From NCBI GenBank assembly GCA_001872725.1, contig MNWR01000017.1, positions 1,982-65,981 on the forward strand: a stretch of DNA of 64,000 nucleotides, in the 5' to 3' direction. This DNA comes from Proteobacteria bacterium CG1_02_64_396. GTDB lineage: Bacteria > Pseudomonadota > MNWR01 > CG1-02-64-396. Positions 38,601 to 45,486 of the stretch are shown in pieces (position 1 is the first letter of the stretch; every line of letters starts with the position of its first letter). A model generated the notes under the pieces. It had not been told where the DNA came from. It ran no database searches and was given only the letters and a program-made list of their open reading frames with translations. A program made the translations under genes and the position numbers.

Positions 38601-38940
38601 ACGCCGCCTCGATCCGCTGACCGAGCAAGGGGGTGTGGAGCGACAGCAGGATGCGCCCCGAGGGATCGACCACCACCGCCTCGCGCCAACGCGACGAGCC
38701 GGCCATCCCTTTGAGGTTCCATTCGAGCAGACGCAAAGGGGCGACCTGGGGACCGGCCTGGTGGAGTTCGTCGTTCAGGGCGGCTAAATCGCGCAGCAGG
38801 GCGGTTTGGGAATCATACTCAAGTCGGTCGAGGGCCGACTGCCTGAACACAATCAGGGCCACCACCATCACCAGAAGCAGACCCCCGTTCAAGAACAGGG
38901 GCAACGTCCAACGCATGGGCCATCGGGTTAGTAGGTTCAT
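35684..38940 (-). pseudogene. TM-HAMP-PAS-GAF-PAS(x3)-GGDEF protein, reading frame broken inside the GGDEF domain
   Basis: ORF 35848..38985 ends just after RLGGDEFTVLLGEVEGG. The rest of the domain (QVAEKILVALAQPIPTEVGEQHLTASIGVAFYP...AMYRAK) continues in another frame (ORF 35684..35890). The switch lies in C/G homopolymer runs at 35921-35946. Confidence 0.75.
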
Positions 38941-39214
38941 AGCACCCCCCATAGGACTTGGGAGCACCGCGCACCACACTCTCAAGCCCCATTCCCCAGG
39001 TCTGGCAGGGTTCGAACATCAACCCCGCACCAAAATCCCGAGTTTAATACTCGGAATTGGAGTCTGCGCCGCATGAGAACGACTTGCAATATTTTGGTGG
39101 CTTAGATCACACAACAGAGGGGACTGGAGGCGGCCGCCCAAGGGGAGGCCTGTCCCCGAATGGGGCCACCTCCCGGGGACCCGACGAGGGGCGCACGGGA
39201 TCACCCCCCTCAAC

Positions 39215-40018
39215 TTACCCCCGGCCCAAATGTTGGGGGTCGGCGGCGTAACGTTCGGCCAGTTGCTCCCCCACCCAGGCGGGGGCCGAGTAGCGTTTGA
39301 GGGCGGCGACCACCGCCTCTTTGCTCAAACCCTTGCCGGCAAAGAGCTCGGCGGTGGCGTCGATGGCCGGATCGTCCACCGGCCCCCGACAGCCGGTACA
39401 GGGTTGACCGAAGGTGGTGCAGACCGCATCGCAACCGGCGCGGCTCAGGGGGCCGCAGCAGACGACCGCTTTTTGCTCGACCAGACAGGGGGTTTGGTTG
39501 ATGCGGCACTCGGTGCAGACGGTGCGATCCTCGGTTGGAATCGGCAAGCCGTTGAGCAGGTTGCCCAGGGCGCTCAACAGGTCGGTGCGGGTGACCGGAC
39601 AGCCGGGGATGGCGCCGTCGACCGCCACAAAGGCCGACAGCGGCAGCGCCTTGGTTTCATCCTGGTTGATGGCGGGCAGGGTGTGGCCGTAGACCTGGGC
39701 CTTGAGCACCTCGACCGGGATGGTGTTGCGCATGGCGGGGATCCCTCCCCAGACGGCGCAGGTCCCCAGGGCGATCAGGTGTCCGGCCCTAGCCCGAATC
39801 GCCTTGAGTTTGCGCTCTTCGGCCTCGGTGCAGACGCTCCCCTCGACGAAGGCGATGTCGAGCGGACCACCGTCGTCGAGGCGGGAATCGGCCATGCCGA
39901 AGGTGACCACCTGAATGTGGGCAACCAGTTCGAGGATCTCTTGCTCAAGGTTGAGCAGCGCCAGTTGATCCCCGGCGCAACCGGTGAGGCTGAAGATGCC
40001 GACGCGGGGCAGGGTCAT
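39215..40018 (-). CDS. [NiFe]-hydrogenase small subunit (NuoB-fold, three FeS cluster motifs, no Tat signal)
   Basis: ATG 40018 within ORF 39215..40147. It has SLTGCAGDQ, GTCAVWGGIP, PGCP and a C-terminal Cys-rich CTEC..C..CC..C...C..C..C region. Confidence 0.85.
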   Translation of the reverse strand: MTLPRVGIFSLTGCAGDQLALLNLEQEILELVAHIQVVTFGMADSRLDDGGPLDIAFVEGSVCTEAEERKLKAIRARAGHLIALGTCAVWGGIPAMRNTIPVEVLKAQVYGHTLPAINQDETKALPLSAFVAVDGAIPGCPVTRTDLLSALGNLLNGLPIPTEDRTVCTECRINQTPCLVEQKAVVCCGPLSRAGCDAVCTTFGQPCTGCRGPVDDPAIDATAELFAGKGLSKEAVVAALKRYSAPAWVGEQLAERYAADPQHLGRG

Positions 40019-40084
40019 GGGGGGCTCCTTCGGGGGAGGGTCGTTGGGCAAGCCCGACCTGTCGGGCCAAGCCGACCGACGGTT

Positions 40085-40152
40085 GGTGGATGCGCTGCGC
40101 TTATCCACCCTACATGCGGCGGGGTAGGGTGGATAAGCGCAGCGCATCCACC
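40085..40152. repeat. REP-like inverted doublet (REPIN-like), 29-bp perfect arms, 10-nt loop
   Basis: GGTGGATGCGCTGCGCTTATCCACCCTAC - ATGCGGCGGG - GTAGGGTGGATAAGCGCAGCGCATCCACC, followed by TTTTT. Confidence 0.85.
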
Positions 40153-40169
40153 TTTTTACGCCACGAAAC

Positions 40170-41432
40170 TCAATGCCGCGCCAGCGGCAAATCGACCGGA
40201 CTGCCGGGGATCGAGCGGACCAACCGGCCCACCGTCAGCCCCTGCACCAAAATCGAGAAGACCACGATGCCGTAGGTGATGGCCAAAATCGTGTCGCGCT
40301 CGGGGCCGGGGGGGAGCGACAGCGCCAGCGCCACCGAAATCCCGCCCCGCAGCCCCCCCCAGGTGAGCACCTGCACCGCCTTGGGGGTGAAGCGGCGCCA
40401 GCGGCCCATCAAGCCGATGGGGATGCCGACGCTGATCCAGCGGGCCAGCAACACCGCCGGAATCAACAGCGCCACCGCCAGCAGGTGGGCCGAGGTCACG
40501 GCGACCAGCAGCATCTCCAGGCCGATCAACACAAACAGCACCCCGTTGAGCGCCTCGTCCATCAGCTCCCAAAAGCGGTCGAGGTTTTCGCGGGTGGTGT
40601 CGGACATCGCCAGCGCCCGCCCGTGGTTGCCGATGAACAGCCCCGCCACCACGATGGCGATGGGGCCGGAGGTATGCAGCGCCGTGGCCAGGGAATACCC
40701 CCCCATGGTCAGCGCCAGGGTCAACATCACCTCGACCTTGTATTCGTCGACGCTGCGCAGTAGCACAAAGGTAACCCAGCCCAGAAGCAATCCCAGGACG
40801 ATCCCCCCCAGCGCCTCCTCGACCAGCAACATCGCCACCCCCCCCACCGTCGCCTCGTGACCGCCGCTGGCCACACCCAGCAGGATCACAAAAACCACCA
40901 CCCCGACCCCGTCGTTGAAGAGCGACTCCCCAGCGATTTTGATCTCAAGCGATTTGGGGGCGTTTGCTGTTTTGAGGATGCCGAGCACCGCGATGGGATC
41001 GGTGGGGGAGATCAGCGCCCCGAAGAGCAGGCAGTAGATCAATGGGATGCCAATGCCGAGCAGACCGAGGACCCACCACGTGAGCAGGCCGACCAGTACG
41101 GTCGAGAGGAGCACCCCCACCGTGGCCAGGACCGAGACCACCCAGCGCTGCTTGTACAGGTCGTCCAAATTGACGTGCAGGGCGCCGGCGAAGAGCAAGA
41201 AGCTGAGCATCCCTTGCAGCAAGAAGGTGTCGAAATCGATCCCCCGCAGCATCGCTGCGGCCGCCTCCCGCCCCCCCGGCCACCAATGGCCCACCGCTAT
41301 CAGCAGCAGCGACATCCCCAGCGACAGGGCCATCAAGCCGATGGTGGTGGGGAGCTGGAGCCAGCGATGGTTGAGGTAGCCGAACAGGGCCGAAAGGACC
41401 ACCAGCAGCGCCAACAGATCGATCAAATGCAT
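40170..41432 (-). CDS. nhaP: Na+/H+ antiporter, CPA1 (NhaP-type)
   Basis: ATG 41432 within ORF 40170..41489. It is polytopic, with GALISPTDPIAV and ESLFNDG motifs. Confidence 0.85.
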   Translation of the reverse strand: MHLIDLLALLVVLSALFGYLNHRWLQLPTTIGLMALSLGMSLLLIAVGHWWPGGREAAAAMLRGIDFDTFLLQGMLSFLLFAGALHVNLDDLYKQRWVVSVLATVGVLLSTVLVGLLTWWVLGLLGIGIPLIYCLLFGALISPTDPIAVLGILKTANAPKSLEIKIAGESLFNDGVGVVVFVILLGVASGGHEATVGGVAMLLVEEALGGIVLGLLLGWVTFVLLRSVDEYKVEVMLTLALTMGGYSLATALHTSGPIAIVVAGLFIGNHGRALAMSDTTRENLDRFWELMDEALNGVLFVLIGLEMLLVAVTSAHLLAVALLIPAVLLARWISVGIPIGLMGRWRRFTPKAVQVLTWGGLRGGISVALALSLPPGPERDTILAITYGIVVFSILVQGLTVGRLVRSIPGSPVDLPLARH

Positions 41433-41436
41433 GCCA

Positions 41437-43017
41437 TCAACCCCGCCAGAAATCGCGGTTGAGCAAGACCACCAGGGTGAAGATCTCAAGCCGCCCCAGC
41501 ACCATTCCCACCATCAGCGCCAGTTTGGCAAAGGGTTCGAAACCGGCGTAATTGCCCGCCGGCCCCACGTCGCCCAGCCCAACGGCGGCGTTGGTCAGGC
41601 AAGCCGAGGAGGCGGTGACCGCGGTGATGAGGTCGGCGCCGCTGGCCGCCACCAGGGCGGCAATGATCAAAAAGGCCGAAATAAACAGGGCGTAGAACCC
41701 CCATACCCCCTGCACCAGAGCGTTGTCGAGCACCCGCCCTTCCACCCGCACCGTGATCAGGGCGCGGGGATGGATGACCCGCCGGATCTCCATCAGCCCC
41801 TGTTTGACAATCAGCACCAGTCGCAAAACCTTCATCCCCCCCGACGTCGAACCGGCCATCCCGCCGACGAAGCTGGAACAGACCATCAAGAGGAGAATGA
41901 GGGAGGGCCAGGTGCTGAAATCGGTGGAGGCGTAACCGGTGGTGGTCGCCAAAGAGACCACGTTGAGCGCCGCTTGGCGCATCGCCAGATGCCATTCCAC
42001 CCCGGAGTTCCAGAGCCACAGGGTGGCGATGGCGACCAAGGAGGCCAGCAGGAGGATGTAGACCCGGAATTCCAAACTCTGCCAATAGTGGGCGAAGCGC
42101 AAACCGGGAATGTAGATGTAGCGGATGACCCCTTGCCGATCGTGGGTCGGGTTGTGTTTGACCCAGCGGGGGACGATGAAGGCGAGGAATTGCAGCCACA
42201 CCCGGCGCCGCCCCCGCTGAATACGGACCGGCACCGTTTCGACCCGGAAGGTCATGAAGTGCTGGGCGAAGCTGATGCCGGCCAGAACCATAAAAGCGAC
42301 CAGCAGCCAGTGGATCCAGGGGTTGTCGAAGTAGCCTACCGAGGCGTCGTGGGTCGAAAAGCCCCCCAGCGACACCGTGGTGAAGGCATGGCAGATGGCA
42401 TCAAACCATCCCACACCCAGGGCCATGAGTAGCCCCGCTTCGGCCAGGGTCAGGCCGAGGTAGATCATCCACAGGATCTTGGCGGTGGCGGCGATGCGCG
42501 AGCCGATCTTGTCTTTTTTGACCCCCGGCATCTCGGCCTTGAAGAGCTGCATGCCGCCGATGCCGAGCAGGGGGAGGATCGCCACCGCCAGCACGATGAT
42601 CCCCATCCCCCCCAGCCATTGCTCCATGCAGCGCCAGAAGTTGATTGCGCGGGGGAGTTGATCCAGCCCCGAGAGGACGGTCGCCCCGGTGGTGGTTAAT
42701 CCCGAAACCGACTCGAACAGGGCATCGACCACCCCTGCGGTATGGGCGAGGTAGAACGGTAGGCTCCCTGCAACCGAGAGGATGCCCCAAATCAGGGCGA
42801 CCAACATAAAGCCATCGCGGTGGGTCAACTCGGCGCCGCGCTGAAAGAAGAAGTGGGCCAGCGTCGCCCCGCCGATCAGGGTGATCGACATTGAGATTAG
42901 AAAGGGGACAAAGGTGCCGTCGTCATCCAGCCAACCCAGCAGCAGACTGGGGATCATGGTCATCGCGAAGAACATCAAACACAGACCGCTGACCCCGAAG
43001 AGAATCCTAGGATGCAT
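41437..43017 (-). CDS. trkH: TrkH/KtrB-family potassium uptake protein
   Basis: 526 aa with repeated MPM pore motifs (LTTTGATV, SLGGFST, TTGYAS, VGLG). Confidence 0.85.
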   Translation of the reverse strand: MHPRILFGVSGLCLMFFAMTMIPSLLLGWLDDDGTFVPFLISMSITLIGGATLAHFFFQRGAELTHRDGFMLVALIWGILSVAGSLPFYLAHTAGVVDALFESVSGLTTTGATVLSGLDQLPRAINFWRCMEQWLGGMGIIVLAVAILPLLGIGGMQLFKAEMPGVKKDKIGSRIAATAKILWMIYLGLTLAEAGLLMALGVGWFDAICHAFTTVSLGGFSTHDASVGYFDNPWIHWLLVAFMVLAGISFAQHFMTFRVETVPVRIQRGRRRVWLQFLAFIVPRWVKHNPTHDRQGVIRYIYIPGLRFAHYWQSLEFRVYILLLASLVAIATLWLWNSGVEWHLAMRQAALNVVSLATTTGYASTDFSTWPSLILLLMVCSSFVGGMAGSTSGGMKVLRLVLIVKQGLMEIRRVIHPRALITVRVEGRVLDNALVQGVWGFYALFISAFLIIAALVAASGADLITAVTASSACLTNAAVGLGDVGPAGNYAGFEPFAKLALMVGMVLGRLEIFTLVVLLNRDFWRG

Positions 43018-43132
43018 ATACCCTCGCCCGTTGGGGAGTAGTGGGAGGGCCGATGGCCCACTGGCGGGATCCTAGCAGCATGAGGGGATTTGGAGGAGCG
43101 GGGGGGGCTGCCTCATCGCCGTCTTGGTAGAC

Positions 43133-43347
43133 CAAGAGCCTGTCGAACTTGATGCTGTCCTACTCGGCGACGGCTCCTGCGTCGCGCGACCTCCTGCATC
43201 CATGCCGTCGTACGTCGGCGGTCAATCACTCCATTTTCTCGCCCTTTTTCGTCACATCGTCGCAACTCAGATCCTCAAAAAGGCGAAAAACCGACCTCGA
43301 TTCCCCACTCAACTCGCTACGGACGCTCAAATCCGACTGGCTCCTGG
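43133..43347. mobile_element. MITE family 2, degenerate copy (reverse orientation relative to 56712-56880)
   Basis: Shared blocks are CTGTCGAACTTGA..TCCTACT, TTTTTCGTCACAT, GATCCTCAAAA and CCTCGATTCCCCACTCAACTCGCTACGGACGCTCAAATCCGAC. Confidence 0.65.
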
Positions 43348-43378
43348 GAAGCGCTGATTTGATCGGCGCTTCCTTAAG
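43347..43378. repeat. Solo terminal hairpin of MITE family 1 (copy F)
   Basis: GGAAGCGCTGATTTGATCGGCGCTTCCTTAAG. The stop codon (TAA, 43374-43376 reverse) of the adjacent channel gene lies inside it. Confidence 0.65.
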
Positions 43379-43982
43379 CCCTCGGCAAATGGATGTCGTA
43401 CCGCCAGGTCACCACCCGCAAGCCGGTCGTGGTCACAATCGTCCCCCACATCAGCCATGCCATCCCCAGTCCCCCATCGGCCAGCAGCAGGTAGACCGCC
43501 GCCCCCGCCAGGCAGGCCGAGGCGTAAACCTCTTTTTTCAGAATAAAGGGGATCTCGCGGACCATCATCGCCCGCAGCACCCCGCCCCCTGTGCCGGTCA
43601 GGGTGGCAATGAAGAGAATCCCGACCCAACCGAGCCCCGCCTGATCGGCCACCGCCGCCCCCACGGCGGTAAAAACCCCCAACCCCAGGGCGTCGAAACC
43701 GATCAGCCACCCCTCCTGCTCGTCCAGGCGCCGCCCCCAAAAAAAGGTGAGCGTTCCGGTCAGCACCGCCAGAATCAGGTAGGTCTGGTCGGCAAAGGCG
43801 GCTGGGGGATGCCGCCCCAGCAGGGCGTCGCGCATCATGCCGCCCCCCAGGGCGGTGACCACCGCCAGCACCACGGCGCCGAGCAGATCGAGTTTGTGGG
43901 TAACCGCCCGCAGCGCCCCGGTCAGGGCGAAGACGACGGTGCCGAAGAGGTCGAGCAGGTGGATAGCGGTAGGCATGTACAC
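43374..43982 (-). CDS. Trimeric intracellular cation channel-like membrane protein (UPF0126/YadS family)
   Basis: 202 aa with two repeats of GTVVFALTGAL / TAVGGG-type glycine-rich TM motifs. Confidence 0.75.
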   Translation of the reverse strand: MYMPTAIHLLDLFGTVVFALTGALRAVTHKLDLLGAVVLAVVTALGGGMMRDALLGRHPPAAFADQTYLILAVLTGTLTFFWGRRLDEQEGWLIGFDALGLGVFTAVGAAVADQAGLGWVGILFIATLTGTGGGVLRAMMVREIPFILKKEVYASACLAGAAVYLLLADGGLGMAWLMWGTIVTTTGLRVVTWRYDIHLPRA

Positions 43983-44177
43983 ATCCGGTCATCGAACGCC
44001 GCGCCACGATGAAGGCGCCGAACCATGTCGAGGGATTATCCCCGCAATGGGCCCAAATGGCATGGGATCGCTCGCTCGCCCTGCCGCACCCCCAAACCAC
44101 CTCAAAAAACAAGGGGCAAGGCGATCGAACGCCTTGCCCCCAGTTCCCTTCGCCGTTCCGTTCGGGGCACGTCCCGC

Positions 44178-44741
44178 TTACCCCATTTCGGCCATGGCCT
44201 TGGTGGTTGCATTCAAGGTATTGACCAGGGTGTTGAGCACGGGCGACTTGCGATCCAGCACCTCCTTCGAGGCGATCATTTTCTCTTCGCCGTCGGAGCC
44301 GGTCAGTTTCACAGTGTAGTGAAGACGATTGCAGCCGTTGGGAACAGCATCGTCCAAACCCAGCACACCGTTGATGTCGCAGTCCAACTCGACCGACACC
44401 TCGATCCCCTGCAACTTGGTGTTGAACAGGGCGGCGTTGGTCGCGATCCCCGCCGTCAGACAGCCGCATAACCCGGCCGCCAGGTACTCGACGGGATTGG
44501 GTGCCTCGTCCGTGCCTCCCAACTGGGGCGGCTCGTCAACGGTCAAAGTGAACTGGCGGTCCGGACGGGCGATGTTCTGACCACCGGCTGTGATCTTCGA
44601 AATACTGACCTCGGTTTTGGTCCCGTTTTTCCACTGGGACTCCGCGAAAAACCGGACCTTTCCAAGCCCTTTATCCGCTTTGACGGCCTCGACCAATTGA
44701 CCGATGTTCCCCATGTTGACGCCATTCGTTGCTTCGAACAT
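44178..44741 (-). CDS. OsmC-family (peroxiredoxin-like) protein
   Basis: 187 aa, with PNPVEYLAAGLCGCL characteristic of OsmC/Ohr-fold proteins. Confidence 0.75.
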   Translation of the reverse strand: MFEATNGVNMGNIGQLVEAVKADKGLGKVRFFAESQWKNGTKTEVSISKITAGGQNIARPDRQFTLTVDEPPQLGGTDEAPNPVEYLAAGLCGCLTAGIATNAALFNTKLQGIEVSVELDCDINGVLGLDDAVPNGCNRLHYTVKLTGSDGEEKMIASKEVLDRKSPVLNTLVNTLNATTKAMAEMG

Positions 44742-44772
44742 GTCTCTTCTCCCCTGTTTGTTGAAAACATAA

Positions 44773-45309
44773 TTATGAAGGTACTGCCTGAACGGCCAGC
44801 AGTTGGGTCGATACGTTCAACGGCAATTTCAGGATGGATCCGACCGGAGAGGTGCGAACCACCTTTTCGTGGAGCTCTTCCACACGTTTTGGATCGGCAT
44901 TGGAGCGCAGATAAACCTTTGCCGTGATGTTGCTGAAACCGGCCGGAACGTTGGGATCGATGTCCAAGAAGCCCGCCAGATCCAAATCGCCGTCGATTTC
45001 GACCCGCAGATCGTCGATGACGATGCCTGCCAGAGAGGCATTGAGGGTATAGCCGACGATCAAACACGACCCGTAAGCACCTAAAACGACCTCCACCATA
45101 TTGGGCGCCGAGTCGCTCCCGCCCAATGCGTTGGGTTCATCCATCGACAAAGTGTGCTGACGGATCGTGGTCCCGCAGTCGAACCCCCCCCGCCATACCG
45201 ATTCCGCCCGCCAACTTGTTTGCCCCTTCAACCCGTCGCACCGCACCGCCTCGATCAAACCCTTAACCTGGGACACCTCGATTCCGTTGATTTTCTCCGA
45301 CACGTTCAT
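44773..45309 (-). CDS. OsmC-family protein (paralog, single Cys)
   Basis: 178 aa, with PNMVEVVLGAYGSCL. It is in tandem with 44178..44741. Confidence 0.7.
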   Translation of the reverse strand: MNVSEKINGIEVSQVKGLIEAVRCDGLKGQTSWRAESVWRGGFDCGTTIRQHTLSMDEPNALGGSDSAPNMVEVVLGAYGSCLIVGYTLNASLAGIVIDDLRVEIDGDLDLAGFLDIDPNVPAGFSNITAKVYLRSNADPKRVEELHEKVVRTSPVGSILKLPLNVSTQLLAVQAVPS

Positions 45310-45486
45310 GCTTTCTCCTTTCTGTGTGAAACACGCGATGAATATCCGTCTTTAACTCAACTGCACATCGGCCGCCTCCGGCAGCAGCCCCGATTTGGGG
45401 TCGGCCACCGGGCGGCATAGCGCCCGCCCCTCTTGTCCTCGTTCGTCGCATCGGCGCCGCCACGGGGGCTCAAGTCCGACAGGCTT

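Noticed and set aside
39020-39215. Possible riboswitch/sRNA or terminator in the 230-nt gap between the hydrogenase small-subunit gene and the GGDEF pseudogene
   Set aside because: Only a weak 6-bp AT-rich hairpin (CCGAGT-ATTAA-ACTCGG + GATTTT on the minus strand) is visible. I could see no recognisable riboswitch consensus such as GEMM, so this is too weak to annotate.
40018-40275. ORFs beginning MRCAYPPY on both strands
   Set aside because: They mirror each other because they translate the two arms of the REP-like inverted doublet at 40085-40152. They are not genes.
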